DNA of 64,000 bases from Octopus vulgaris (taxonomy: Eukaryota). Shown here piece after piece: positions 38,702 through 52,374 of this stretch. The translations under genes and the position numbers were made by a program. The notes beneath the pieces are model-generated. The model saw only the letters and a program-made list of their open reading frames with translations. It searched no databases and was not told where the DNA came from. Where the stretch lies: the NCBI GenBank assembly GCA_951406725.2, contig OX597831.1, positions 6,200,001-6,264,000 of the forward strand, given 5' to 3'. How positions within the stretch are numbered: position 1 is the stretch's first letter; the number at the start of each line of letters is the position of its first letter.

Positions 38702-39929
38702 CTGTTAATATAAATATTGAGAATAGAGTGTTGGAAAGAGAAACATTGCTGAGATTAATATTTAGAACAAATTCGGTGACTGGCATCTGTTGCTAGTGGA
38801 GCACTAAGAGTACCATACGAGTGAGATCGTTGCCAGAGCAACAAGCTGGCCTTCGTGCCAATGGCACGTTAAGCACACCATTCGAGCGTGATCGTTACTG
38901 CATCGTCTTACTAGCACTTGTGCTGGTGGCATGTGAAACATTCGAACAAGGTCATTGCCAGTGCCGCTGGACTGGCTCCTGTGCAGGTGGAATGTAAAAA
39001 GCACCATTTGGGCGTGGCCGTTGCCAGTACCACCAAACTGGCCCTCGTGCCGGTGGCACATAAAAGCACCCACTACACTCTCGGAGTAGTTGGTGTTAAG
39101 AAGGGCATCCAACTGTAGAAACTCTGCCAGATCAGATTGGAGTCTGGTTCACCAGACCTCAGTCAAATCGTCCAACCCATGCTAGCATGGAAAGCGGACG
39201 TTAAATGATGATGATGAACTTGGAGTTGAGCTTTTTTTGGGGGGGGGTATTTCAGATACATATCCATAGAAGGATTAAAGAAACTATAGTTATGGTTAGA
39301 GAAGCAGTTGTATATTTCTGAGAAATTCCATAGAAAATGCCTCTTCATTATTGTGGAAATCAATGCAGGTGAAATAGGAGGATCTAAAATAGGTGATTCA
39401 TGCCTTTTTATGTGCTACTAAGTTGACTATTTCAGGGTGTACAGGGAAGGAAATCCATAGAGGCAATATTGTAGGAAGGAAGGAATGGGAGTCAAGGTTG
39501 AAATCCCAGGTACTTCACTGACAACAAATTCTTCCCTATTTAATCTCTAAGAATTTTATCCAAAATTATGTTCTGAAACATTCAAATAATATCTAGATAA
39601 TCTGAATGAAACATCTGCAAACACACAGGGCTAAAAGTTAGCAGCTCTCAAAAACCAGTTGATCTATCAGTTCACACTACTATCATCTATGTATGCTCAT
39701 TCATAGATCTTTGAGAGCAGAGAGAATATCAACAACATGAAGGACTGGTTGAGGTAATTAAAGAGCCACTATACACTTGCTCAATCTGCTAGTAATAACA
39801 GCCAGATCTCACTTCCAGCCACCAAAAAAGGGACATATTAGATAATTTAGTCAACCACAGATACACTTAAAAGGACATGATAATCATGAAAAGACTAATT
39901 TTGATCTCAGATCGGCAACATTCAAGCTT

Positions 39930-40205
39930 GGTAGAGGTTAACCTAGGTCTGCATCACTTGGGCTAAGCTGAGGTTAACCTAGGTCTTGATTATTTCTGCT
40001 AACCTAGGCTACCCTAGATCAGTATCATGTGGGCTAAACTGAGGTTAACCTAGGTCTTGATTATTTCTGCTAACCCAGACTACCCTAGATCAGTATCATG
40101 TGGGCTAAACTGAGGTTAACCTAGGTCTTGATTATTTCTGCTAACCCAGACTACCCTAGATCAGTATCATGTGGGCTAAACTGAGGCTAACCTAGATCTG
40201 CATCA
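39930..40205. repeat. 71-bp minisatellite, about 3.5 copies
   Basis: gggctaaactgaggttaacctaggtcttgattatttctgctaacccagactaccctagatcagtatcatgt at 39960, 40031, 40102 and 40173. Confidence 0.9.
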
Positions 40206-40399
40206 TGTAGACCAGTGATTTTCAACCAGGGACGAATCACCTCTTTGGGAAGGAAAGTCAAATTTTGTGGGGCGATGAATGCTGTCTTCTGTTTGTTAGA
40301 TATTTCCACTGTACAAACAAGTCGGACCACATTAATACGTTTGTAAGAGTAAATAAGAATTAATGAAAGAATGAAATTAAAATCAATAGAAGAACTCAC

Positions 40400-40474
40400 G
40401 CAGGGTTAAATACATGGACATGGCAACCATAAATATAAGAAACTGCATCATCAAATTCAGTGTTTGCACCCGTT
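40400..40474 (-). CDS. METTL24-like: METTL24-like exon 5
   Basis: ttttctcag acceptor and gtgagt donor; TGANTEFDDAVSYIYGCHVHVFNPA; 75 nt. Confidence 0.88.
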
Positions 40475-41031
40475 CTGAGAAAATAATGAGAAAGAAAAAC
40501 AAATATTGTCATAAAAATATTTACACAATTGTTAAGAAAAATATGTAAATATGCTTAGATGGTTTTTGCTTTGTTCTTTTTTTCTTGCTTTTAATGAAAA
40601 TAATTAATTACAAAGAAATTATATTTTGGAAACCAGTGATGACTAACTACCACACAGCATAGTCACACTACTTAACACCCACACACAATATGTAAAGACT
40701 GCCTCACACCACCAAAACAGTAGGTCAAATTTCAACAAATCCCATCTCTGCACAAAATACACAAAATACATGCATGCACGCACGCACGCACGCACGCACA
40801 CACACACAGATACATATATATATATACACACACATATATATACATACATATATATATACATATATACACACACATATATATATATACATGTGTGTGTGTG
40901 TGTGTGTGTGTGTTGTTGTATTTAGGAATGGTCATTTTGCCAGTTTAGCCAATAAAAACACATGCACTATATATTTGGTGTTAATTTGCTTCAGCTTTAT
41001 TTATTTTTTACACTAATCTTAATCTTATTTC

Positions 41032-41075
41032 GGCCAGAGTTCTTTCATCACACTTCTGTGACCTCATCAGTGGTC
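41032..41075 (-). ncRNA. Type I hammerhead ribozyme in the inverted terminal repeat of a Penelope-like element
   Basis: Minus strand gacca-CTGATGA-ggtcacagaagtgtgat-GAAA-gaac-TC-tggcc; intact core, CUC triplet. Confidence 0.7.
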
Positions 41076-41211
41076 CTTTGCTTTCTTCTTTCTTATTTGT
41101 TCGTGTAATTTGTTTTTGTTTATTTTGTTCCTGTGTTTACACCTACTTATTATTACTTTTTTGGTTGTATTTAGTTAAATTAATTTTTTTTTAATGTATA
41201 TAGTTATTTAC

Positions 41212-42500
41212 TCCATACTCGTGAACATGTACTCTCGCTATGTTGATGATATCAACATAGTGGTAAAGGCACCCCCATAAGAGAGTACTCTTGAAATAGA
41301 AATAGAAACTAATACTATGGAGAGCATCCAGCAAATAGCTAACTCCATCAACCAGAGTATTAAGGTCACAATAGACTACCCTACTAAACACCCTAACCAT
41401 AGACTACCAGTATTAGACACAGAACTCTGGCTGGAAACTGAGAATAATAAAACCCGAATCCTTTATTCATACTATGCCAAACCTATGGCCTCCAAATACT
41501 TGATCCACCGGAACTCGGCTATTGCGGACAATGCCAAATTCAATATTTTGATGGCAGACCTCGTCAGAATAATGTGAAATGTGTCCCGCATGTGCAACCC
41601 TACAGAGTTAAAGAGACACATACAACATTTCGTTCACTGCATGCAGTTCTCAGGTTACAGCCATAAAGAAAGGATCAGAGTATACAAAGGAGTCATAAAG
41701 AAATTTGATACTATCATATGTAATGATAGGAATGGGATTTGCCCACTCTATAGGAGCAAGACATGGAACACTATTGAAAGGACTAAGAAGAAAATAGGGA
41801 AGGCCAACTCTGGGGATGATAGCCACAAATACCAGAGTGTCATGTTCGTTGACACCATCCCTAGAGGCAAACTGGCGTACTGCTTTAGAAGGGCCCTAGA
41901 CAAACTTAAGCTAAGGATTAAGGTTGTTGAAAAGCCAGGCAACCCTATCAAATCCCTAATCGGTAGAACCTACCCTTTTAGTAGAACCACCTGTACGGAT
42001 AGGAACTGTACTGTGTGTAGATTTAGCCCACAAACAAACTGTAAAGCCAGAAATGTAGTCTATAGTATAAGATGTATAGAGGGACGATGCAGTAACAAGA
42101 CAACAACATACGTAGGGGAAATGGCATGGAGCATAGGAGAGCGGGTAAATGAACATTGGAGAGAACTTAAGGAAGAAAAGAGCTCATCAGTTCTGTACCA
42201 GCACGCCGAGCAGGAACACGGGGGCTAACTCAACAACATAGAAAATAAAATCTTGTCCACACATAGAACAGACGCAACAATTAGACAAATTACGGAAGCT
42301 ACACACATAATAGGAGATAAACCTAGCCTAAATAGGAAACTGGAATGGAACACTAGCACACACCACAGCATATGACAGAAGAAGATCCCCATAAACTGGT
42401 AACAATATAAACAAATAAAAGTAAATAACTATATACATTAACAAAAAAAAATTAATTTAACTAAATACAACCAAAAAAATTAATAACAATAATAATAAGT
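41212..42500 (+). mobile_element. 5'-truncated Penelope-like element (RT thumb + GIY-YIG) with an upstream inverted copy of its 3' end
   Basis: IKVTIDYP...RLPVLDTELW, YYAKPMASKYLIHRNSA, CTDRNCTVC...NCKARNVVYSIRC...YVGEMAWSIGERVNEH; 42421-42500 is the reverse complement of about 41145-41211; one internal TGA at 41575. Confidence 0.9.
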
Positions 42501-42699
42501 ACACCCATGGTACCTCCTTCACATACAAAACCAAACTGCATCTCATCTAGCTCTATGCAGTCATGAATCAATTGGGCTATGATTCTCTCTGTGACTGTCA
42601 TAACCTGATCCAGTAATAATAATTCCTCTCTAACTGCTTCTATCTTAGGCATCTCGTTTGCCTTTGTAGCAGTTTACAATGGTACTGCTCTTTACTCTT

Positions 42700-42904
42700 C
42701 ACTCTTTTACTTGTTTCAGTCATTTGACTGCGGCCATGCTGGAGCACCGCCTTTAGTCGAGCAAATCAACCCCGGGACTTATTCTTTTTGTAAGCCCAGT
42801 ACTTATTCTATCGGTCTCTTTTGCCGAACCGCTAAGTGACAGGGACGTAAGCACACCAGCATCCGTTGTCAAGCAATGCTAGGGGGACAAACACAGACAC
42901 ACAA

Positions 42905-42939
<35 letters not shown>

Positions 42940-43106
42940 CATATATATGACGGGCTTCTTTCAGTTTCCGTCTACCAAATCCACTCACAAGGCATTGGTC
43001 GGCCCGGGGCTATAGCAGAAGACACTTGCCCAAGATGCCACGCAGTGGGAATGAACCCGGAACCATGTGGTTGGTTAGCAAGCTACTTACCACACAGCCA
43101 CTCCTG
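42700..43106 (-). mobile_element. SINE family A, full length
   Basis: Highly similar to 19408-19803. Confidence 0.85.
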
Positions 43107-43799
43107 CTATGGCAGTTACTGGGTAGGACTACCTCTGGTATAACTTAATTTACTAATGACCTAGCTACATATGTTCTTTACTTCCGTCTCCTCTACCTAT
43201 ACCCCTAACATTTGGCACTCAGCCACCTTGCTTAATATTACTTCCACCCTCAGTAGAGGGGGGCTTGTCTTGTAAATTATTTGGTGACCTCACAGTTGAT
43301 GGTCTCACATAAAAGGCAACCAGTCTGTGCTGTAAAGTGATTGGTGTTAGGGAAGGACACTCAGCAGTAAACAATGAAACTTAGTACAATCTTCTGATGA
43401 TACCAGCTCCTGTCAAACCGTCCCACCCCATACCAGCATGGAGAACAGATGATGATGATGATGATGATTTACAAGGAGCTTCTTTCAGTTTCCACCAACC
43501 AAATCCACCCAAAAGACTTCGGTCAGCCCAGAGTTATAATAGAAGATATTTGCCCAAGGTGTCACACATTGAGACTGAACCCGAAAAAATATAATCAGTA
43601 AAAAAAAAAAAACTTTCTAAACCACACAGCCACGCCTGAACCTATTAGAGTAAGAGAACTCAATAAGAATTGAACTCAGTGTAAAGTAGATGGATCTCTG
43701 TTCCGTTTGACAAAGAGCATTCACTTGCTTGATCAACTTGATTACCTCCCTTCATTAGATGAGCGGCCAAGTGGCTGATTATTTCATCAACAGAGATAC

Positions 43800-44222
43800 C
43801 TATTTCTTTACTACCCACAAGGGGCTAAACACAGATAGGACAAACAAGGACAGACAAACGGATTAAGTCGATTATATCGACCCAGTGCGTAACTGGTACT
43901 TATTTAATCGACCCCGAAAGGATGAAAGGCAAAGTCGACCTCGGCGGAATTTGAACTCAGAACGTAAAAACGGCAGACGAAATACCTATTTCTTTACTAC
44001 CCACAAGGGGCTAAATACAGATAGAGGGACAAACAAGGACAGACTAACGGATTAACGTCGATTATATCGACCCCACTGCGTAACTGGTACTTAATTTATC
44101 GACCCCGAAAGGATGAAAGATAAAGTCGACCTCGGCGGAATTTGAACTTAGAACGTAACGGCAGACGAAATACTGTAAAGCATTTCGCCCGGCGTGCTAA
44201 CGATTCTGCCAGCTCGCCGCCT
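43800..44222 (-). mobile_element. SINE family B tandem copies
   Basis: Reverse complement of the family B sequence with a duplicated 3' part. Confidence 0.85.
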
Positions 44223-44741
44223 TGATACCCTTAACGTAATTAAGGGATACCCTTAACATAATTTTCAGTCAGACTCAGCATAACAAGGGTGAACTTTTAC
44301 ATTACAGGTATTGTCCACCAAATGTGCTTCTGCACAGTTTCCTTTAACTTAATTTCCTTCAAAAAGCCTGCGTTAACCTGAGACTATGCTAATCAACATC
44401 TGTCCAAGATGCAACGCATTGGGATTGAACCCAGAACTTGGTGAGAGCGAAATGAAATTCTTAATCATTTGGCCGTACAAAACACGCACACGCGCGCGCA
44501 CACAATGTATATCCTCTCCTTTCTATGCACAAGGCCTGGAATTTGTGGGTAGGGGGATAGCAGATCACATCGACCCCAGTCTTTCACTGGTACTTAATTT
44601 ATCGACCCCGAAGAAACGAAAGACAAAGTCGACCTCAGCGGAACGCAGAATGTAGATCGACTTTGACAAGTTTCCAGTAAGAGTTGTTTCCCTTCAATAA
44701 TTCTGCAACGTATTTTGTAGTTTACTATTCATTTTTATTAT

Positions 44742-45330
44742 GGCGACGAGCTGGCAGAATCGTTAGCACGCCGGGCGAAATGCGTAGCCGTATTTCGTCT
44801 GCCGTTACATTCTGAGTTCAAATTCCGCCGAGGTCGATTTTGCCTTTCATCCTTTCGGAGTCAATTAAATAAGTACCAGTTACGCACTGGGGTCGATATA
44901 ATCGACTTAATCCGTTTGTCTGTCCTTGTTTGTCCCCTCTATGTTTAGACCCCCACCCCGGTGGGTAGTAAAGAAATAGGTATTACTTCTGTCTTTACAT
45001 TCTGAGTTCGAATTTCGCCGAGGTCGACTTTACCTTTCATCCTTTCGGAGTCGATATATTAAATACCAATTGCGAACTGAGGTCGACCTAATCGATTGGT
45101 CCCCTTCCCAAAAATTTCGTGCCTTGTGCCTAGAGAATATTCGTTTTTATTCTTACGTTCTGAGTTCAAATTTCGTTGAGGTAGACTTTGCCTTTCATCC
45201 TTTCGGGGGTCAATTAAATAAGTACCGGGTACGCACTGGTGTCGATGTAATCGACTTAATCCGTTTGTCTGTCCTTGTTTGTCCCCTCTATGTTTAGCCC
45301 CCCCCCCCTCCGAGGGTAATAAAGAAATAA
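44742..45330 (+). mobile_element. SINE family B tandem copies, inverted relative to 43800-44222
   Basis: Three units of ttctgagttcaaattccgccgaggtcgactttgcctttcatcctttcgg. Confidence 0.85.
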
Positions 45331-46072
45331 ATATTTATTTTTGAGTCAACAAAGAGCCTCTGACGTTGCTGATCGACCCAGCAGAAATAACAGCCAAATC
45401 TCCTTTAAATCACATCCAGCTGTATGAAGAAAAATACGTACAGAAAAAGACTAATAAAACGATCATCACTAATCCCCTTTGATCCTAAGACACCTGGATC
45501 AAAGTTGACTTAGGACCAAACAACCACAACTAGTGGAACCGTCAATAAAATGAAGTAGGTCCTAGATGATTTGCAATTTGAGATTCGATTGGTTAAGCAA
45601 ATATTTAATATAAACAAGGATGTGTGGTTAAGAAGTAACCATATGGTTTTGGGTTCAGTTTCACTGCATGGCACCTTAGGCAACTGTCTTCTATTACAGC
45701 TCTGAGATGTCCAATGCCTTGAGTATATTTGGTAGATGAAAGCTCACTGTGTGTGTGTATGATGGTTAAGGAATTGGGGTAGAGCAGGCTCTTGTTGCAG
45801 AGAAGCTGCTAACATTTAGGAGAGATTGAGTGACAGAACATTAATCAACTTGATTATAGCAGAAGACACTTGACTAAAGTGCCATGCAGTGGAACTGAAC
45901 CCAAAATCTACAGCCATACCTGCATCTATCATATTTTTATTTCAATAAATATTTTTTTCTATATAATTCCTAATGTTGTTGCTTCATTTGCCAGCAAATA
46001 TTAATGTACTGGTGTCATAAATTCTTGTAAGGGAATTATAAGGGATTTATGAAGAGAAAGGATATCACTTAC

Positions 46073-46201
46073 CCAATAAGATAAACAATACAAGGTTTAA
46101 TAAGCCCAAAAGGTGGAGAAAGGCAGACATTCCAACCGCCTGCTCCTTGATGGCCAAGTCGTTCATTCCTTTTACACCAAATTTCTTTTCTAATGAGAAA
46201 C
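46073..46201 (-). CDS. METTL24-like: METTL24-like exon 4
   Basis: ttttcttcaaag acceptor and gtaagt donor; FLIRKEIWCKRNERLGHQGAGGWNVCLSPPFGLIKPCIVYLIG (family pattern CxxxxRxGxxGDGGWxVC...PCxVYSFG); 129 nt. Confidence 0.9.
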
Positions 46202-47288
46202 CTTTGAAGAAAACAACATAGGAGTTTATTAGATTTTAATGTTGTAAAATATAAAAAAATTATAGAAAATAAAAAAGAATAGATACATATACAAAAAATA
46301 AGAATTCTTGATTAAAGTAGCCAAAATGAATATGGAAACCAGTGGTTATCAAACTGTACCACAAGAAGTCTCTCAGAATGCCATGGAATTTTAAAAACAA
46401 TTTAAGCCTTGGAATATCCATACTAATGTTCAAGTGTCTTCTAAAACTAATATCCATACTAAAACTAATATCCTAAAACTATATACTAAAACTAATATCC
46501 ATACTAAAACTAATACTAAATCTAATATCCATACTAATGTTCAAGTGTCTTCTAAAACATATTTCTCATAATTTCGTTATACACAAGTACAATTAATAAA
46601 ACAAAGTAGGCAATAGCTTTTTACACTTTTCTTCTAAATTGCTTTCTTTAGAATGTAAAGTGTGTCATTTTTTGCTTGAGCTCCAGTGTATCTTTCCTGA
46701 CCTACTGATGCAGGTAGACATTCGGAAGGACTGATCATCATCAATGATGACCAAACATTGTATGGAGAGTGGAATGCCAAAGAATAGACCTAATGTTTTT
46801 TGGGGGGGTATCATAAAAGGCAAGTAAAAGAGGTTGAGATAGGATCTGCACTCCAACCTTGTAAAACTCTCATTAGTAGCAACATCCCAAACAGACTCCT
46901 CAAATTCTTTCTTCTCAGGTAGCAGCTCGACGCCTGTAAGGCACATCACATAAAACAATTGGGGCAAAGCCGTCAGGAGCCATCCACCAAATGGGGAAAA
47001 CCCCAGAGGACAGACTGGGTTGGAGGGTTGTGACCTGAGGGGAGTGGTTGGCGTTAGGAAGGGCATCCAGCTGTAGAAACACTGCCAGATCAGACTGGGC
47101 CTGGTGCAGCCACCTGGCTTCCCAGACCCCGGTCGAACCGTCCAACCCATGCTAGCATGGAAAGCAGACGTTAAACGATGATGATGATGATGAATTGCTA
47201 GCTCAGAGATCTGGTCCAAATGCTTTCAAAAGACTGGATCCTATAAATGGTAGCCAAGAGTCAGGTTGTTGTGTTAAACTGGGATTAA

Positions 47289-47509
47289 CCCTTTAGCATT
47301 CAGATTATTCTGTCAATTGTAATGCTTATTAACTTATATTGTTTTGAATTAAACATGCATTTTCATGTAGCTTCAAGATTTCGATGATGCAATTGTTTAT
47401 TTGTAAGAATGACATTATAGGGTCTGTGTGAGAGGCTGGATCTGGCCAATTTGAACATAAAACAAATAGAACATTTCAACCGGATATGGCCGGTTTAAAT
47501 GCTAAAGGG
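47289..47509. mobile_element. piggyBac-type MITE
   Basis: TTAA|ccctttagcatt...aatgctaaaggg|TTAA. Confidence 0.88.
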
Positions 47510-47924
47510 TTAAGTCTACCTGAAGTATGGAAGGTATTTTATTGATACTAATATTATTTGTGATATCTTAATGCAATACAATATGGTCTTACACTCATGC
47601 ACTTTATTTTTCTGTGTATGAAAAGAGAACATGATGTATTCACATCTGTTTAAAGTTCCAGAGCTAAAGGCTTAAAAACTGTAATTTAATTACTTTAAAT
47701 AAACACACACACACATTCATATGACACGGCCACTTGAATGATAAAACTAACAGCCTTAAATCACACCCTAGTATCTTAAAAATAAAGACACAGTACTGCA
47801 TAGACTATACTGAAGTTGAAAAGGAAAGAAAATGTGACAAAATGGAATGGCTGTCACCACATCTGTTTGATCAGAGTTAATAAGAGATTAAAAAAAAATC
47901 ATTATAAATAAAAATAAAACTCAC

Positions 47925-48037
47925 TCAAAGAAATTGTCTTCTATATCTTGCTCACTTTGATCCAAACTAAGAGTTATTTTACTAGCATTGATATAAAGAA
48001 TATTCGGTAAAGGTGGCACGGGTGGTACTTCAGCTTC
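47925..48037 (-). CDS. METTL24-like: METTL24-like exon 3 (stem region)
   Basis: tcttgcag acceptor and gtgagt donor; EAEVPPVPPLPNILYINASKITLSLDQSEQDIEDNFFE; 113 nt, phases fit exons 2 and 4. Confidence 0.8.
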
Positions 48038-50234
48038 CTGCAAGACATAAATACAGACTAAGTTAAATTAGACTTTCCAGATATTCAGTGAAATACAGGA
48101 CAGAGGATTCCTGGCAGAGTTCTCTCTGCCCCACAATCTGTCATCTCTGCCATCCTCTTCTCCCTTTATATCAACAACCTGCTTTCCGTCACCTCCACCA
48201 ATGCAGCCTTTCATAAACAATACCATTTTCTCTTCCAACCAACCTTCCATATCCAACCGAGACACTTCATGCCAAGAGAGAAAGTTTTCCATCAATTGAA
48301 AGGCACAATCAATACACATATCCAGAAAACATCATTGCACTTCATCTCTCCTAAATATAAGCAGTGCACAACTAAACACTCAACATTGCTACAAATGCTA
48401 AGCCTCACTGTAACTGAGGATATCTTACGGTTCATGCACATCCTCAACAAAGCAAGGACTGGCTTTCCTCTTCCCAACCACAAAATATTACACATCCCCG
48501 CAATTATCACCCTTTTACAAAAGCTCATGTGAGACTCACACTGGCACAGGACGTGGTATAATCAAACTGTTAAACTCACACACACACAGACATCATAGAC
48601 TACACCAAAAGGAAAGGTCATCTGACTGATTGACATGACACTCACCAACACATTCCAATTTCTGGCTCATAGATGTACCTTTTCCTTTTTTATCAATACT
48701 TTCCTGACCTCTGCTGGTCTTGTGCCGCATCCACTCAAGTAATCCCAGTCCACTTGTTTCTCTTCTTATAAAATAATAATAATGAAATTATTGTATACAG
48801 TGCTCAGGTGCACCACAACTTGTCAGAGTATATGCAGTAATGTACAAATGTCTGGAAAGCGAACAATGCATGGGTCAGATACATGCTTGTGTGTGTATGG
48901 AAGGGAGAAAATCAGGTGTAGTGTTGGCGAATCTCAGAAAGCATGGAAGTTTTGAAGGATGCAGTGCTCACCAACCATGTTGTATCCTCTCCTTCTGGCC
49001 ACCCAACTCTCTAACAACTGTGGCCATTGGATTGTTGACATTCAAGAGGAATATTAACTGCATTGAAATCACCAATCTTGGAGGAGCAAAGAAAGTCATG
49101 GTTACAGCTCCTTCCACCAACCTTTCCATCCCCAAATAAAGGAATCCTTTATCATAAAAAAACTGAATAATTCCAATGAGTAAACAGGTTTCTTCGCTCA
49201 TACAAACACCAAACTGAGACAAAAATGAGGCATTGGGTCCATTAACAAGATCCAAACCAGGCTAATATAATAATGGCTTGACCTGGAAAAAGCCTGCCTC
49301 ACACCTGTTTCACTGCAACCATTCTACAGAGTTCATCATCATCGTTTAACGTCCGTTTTCCATGCTGGCATGGGTTGGACGGTTCAGCTGGGGTCTGGGA
49401 AGCCAGAAGGCTGCGCCAAGCCCAGTCTGATCTGGCAGTGTTTCTACAGCTGGATGCCCTTCCTAACACCAACCACTCCGTGAGTGTAGTGGGTGCTTTT
49501 TACGTGCCACCGGTACAGGTGCCAGGCGAGGCTGGCAAACGGCCACGATTGGATGGTGCTTTTTACGTGCAACTGGCACGGGGGCCAGACGAGGCTGGCA
49601 ACAGCCACAATCGGATGGGGCTTTTTACGTGTCACTGGCACAGAGGCCAGTCGGGGCGGCGCTGGCAACGGCCACGTTCATGTGTAAATTTAATTAAAAG
49701 CTTGGCATTTGAATTATTAAAGTCTTCATCACCGTCATGTCCATTTTTTTCATGCTCTATTGGTTGGACAGAATTTGTTGACAGATTTTCTATGGTCAGA
49801 TGCCCTTCCTGTTCTTGATTTTTGAGACACTCACCCTCAACATCACATTGTCAAGACAAGGAAACACCAGCTCACACCTGACATACACAAGTACACACAC
49901 ACACACATATATATATATAATACAAATAAGAAAATGGAGAAACAAATTTAGTTTGTTCATCAACTTAAGGATATTCTAATGTTGGATTATTTATTCATTT
50001 TACAAATGAGAACATCAGAAGCATACAAAAATATTATAAAAATCAATAGATAAGATAATAATACAAATACAGATTTTAGAAGTCATAGTATAAATTAATG
50101 AAATCCTAAAAATTACTTCTTACAGCTGTTTCAGCCTATGGTCTTAAGTGAATCTAATTTTCTTTGCCTATAGATGTCAACATACTAAGGTTGTAGGCAT
50201 TTAAAAAATATAATACTTATATATTACACGGCAG

Positions 50235-50640
50235 GTAAGAAAATGGAGAGGATATAAAATCAACAGACATCAGCCGGTAAACATTCAAGTATGTCTATTT
50301 ATTCAAATGTATTGGATGAATACACACACACATGTATGAGTGATACAGATTAATGAGTGGAAAAAGCTGGTAACTGCATAGACAAGGGTGAGCATACATA
50401 CAAGTATATAGAAACAAATGAGCAAAAATATAAATGGGTGTGCAGGTACTAACCCCTAATCCATTTATAGTTTTGCTCATGTATTCACACCCTTGTCTAT
50501 GCAGTTACCAGCTTTTTCCACTCATTAATCTGTATCACTCATACATGTGTGTGTATTCATCCAATGCATTTGAATAAATAGGCATATTGAATGTTTACTG
50601 GCTGATGCCTGTCTATTTTATATCCTCTCTGTTTTCTTAC
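50235..50640. repeat. Fold-back with arms of about 160 bp
   Basis: ...atgtatgagtgatacagattaatgagtggaaaaagctggtaactgcatagacaagggtg and its reverse complement at about 50487-50640; half-hammerhead tacagctgtttc at 50121. Confidence 0.85.
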
Positions 50641-51518
50641 TTGACATACAAATCATGGGTAGATCACTTTTTTACACCAGTCCATATATAATACTCAATT
50701 GTGAGATTGCCATGCAATAATTAGCACTTGACTATGAATAATTGGGTACACTACCAGCAGTATATTAGATAGGTATTATCCCTTAGTTGGTTTCTCAACC
50801 TGTAACTCACACAGAAATAAATATATAAACATATATATATATGAACTTCTGCAAAATTCTCGGAGGATGGGATCATGAAGCTGCCTCAAAGATAGTGAAA
50901 GAGAGTGGAACAAAATGAGGCATATGTGATTTATTTATATGCAAATATCTAAATATTGTTTTTTAATTTTACTTTAAAATGGTACAAACTTTTCTTCCAA
51001 CCCAATATATATATAGGGAGAGCTTACGAAAAAAAAACAACAAAAGACGAAGACATGTGGTGTACAAAACAAACAGATGTATTAGTATAACACTCTGGAA
51101 TAGAAAAAGTCTTTTACATTTCGAGCCTATGCTCTTCTACAGAATGGACACAGAAAAAACAAGGAGACACACACATATAGTCATCTCAGAACCTATAAGT
51201 CAGAAAAATAGGCACTCATATATTTGTCAATAGAGTGGTATATATACCAAAGTATACAGTATTTGTGTATATGTGTATGTGTACACACACACACACGACA
51301 GGCTTCTTTCCGTTTCTGCCTACCAAATCCACTCACAAGGCTGGGGCTGTCGGTCTGGGGCTATAATAGAAAATAGTTGCTTGAAGTACCTGCAGTGGGA
51401 ACGAACCTGGAACAAAATGGTTGAAGAGGAGCAGAGCCATGCATATGCCTGAAGTGAAGTCTAAAATTTTGTTTTAATAAATGCCATATTCAGAAAGCTG
51501 TATAAAAGTGACACCTAC

Positions 51519-51674
51519 GTCTTTTATTGGACTCCAAATCACTGGAAGGTCCCATGAATCTTTGGCCGGTATTACTTTAACTCGTTGACTGAATACAATA
51601 TAAAGTAACAGAGTGACGACAACTCCACATGCAAAGAACATTCGAAGAAAAAACCATCTCTTCCTTGGGCTTGT
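51519..51674 (-). CDS. METTL24-like: METTL24-like exon 2 (signal anchor)
   Basis: tttgtag acceptor and gtaggt donor; TSPRKRWFFLRMFFACGVVVTLLLYIVFSQRVKVIPAKDSWDLPVIWSPIKD; basic tail plus TM helix; 156 nt. Confidence 0.82.
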
Positions 51675-52374
51675 CTACAAATAAATATTAAAAAGAAAAC
51701 ATTATAAACGGTAAAAGCAGATGTCGGGGGGGAAAATTGATTCATTTGGGTATTGTTTGAACAATTAACTTTATAACTGGTTATTTCTTCCTATTACGAT
51801 CTCCTTGGCTATAATGTAAGGATCCTATTTTCAGCTGAGATAGGCTATAAATTGAAACAAGCAGAGTTATGTACCTTGCTTCGAAATCGTCTTAACCCAG
51901 ATTCTTAGCGTAAATCTAATAGGGGTCGATTTTCTTTTTGTAAAGGGACACTTGTTGTTTTGAGTAACTTCTTTGTCGATACTCTTTCAAGAAATATTTC
52001 TAAACAACTGTTGCCAGATGTGTTAATCATACAATCTCCCAAATAATGATACAAATCGTAAAAATATCATAATTAGTTTATTAGTAGGCAGCCAGGCAAT
52101 CAAACTCTATCAACCATCACTGTCTCTCTAACAAACAAATCATTTTGTAAGCTACAAAGTTTATCTACACATTGCGGAGTTAACTTATTGTAGATTAAGA
52201 CCTGTTCGAAGGCAAGCATTGATCTTTATATCGTTATTCATTGAACAGGCGAAGTTCCATGGAGATATTTGCAAGATGTAACAAACTTCCTGTGACAAAA
52301 GTGTGTTATTTGAAATAATATTAATTCCATGTTTGAAGGTTTAAAATACCAAACCTTTTTATCATAGACACTTT

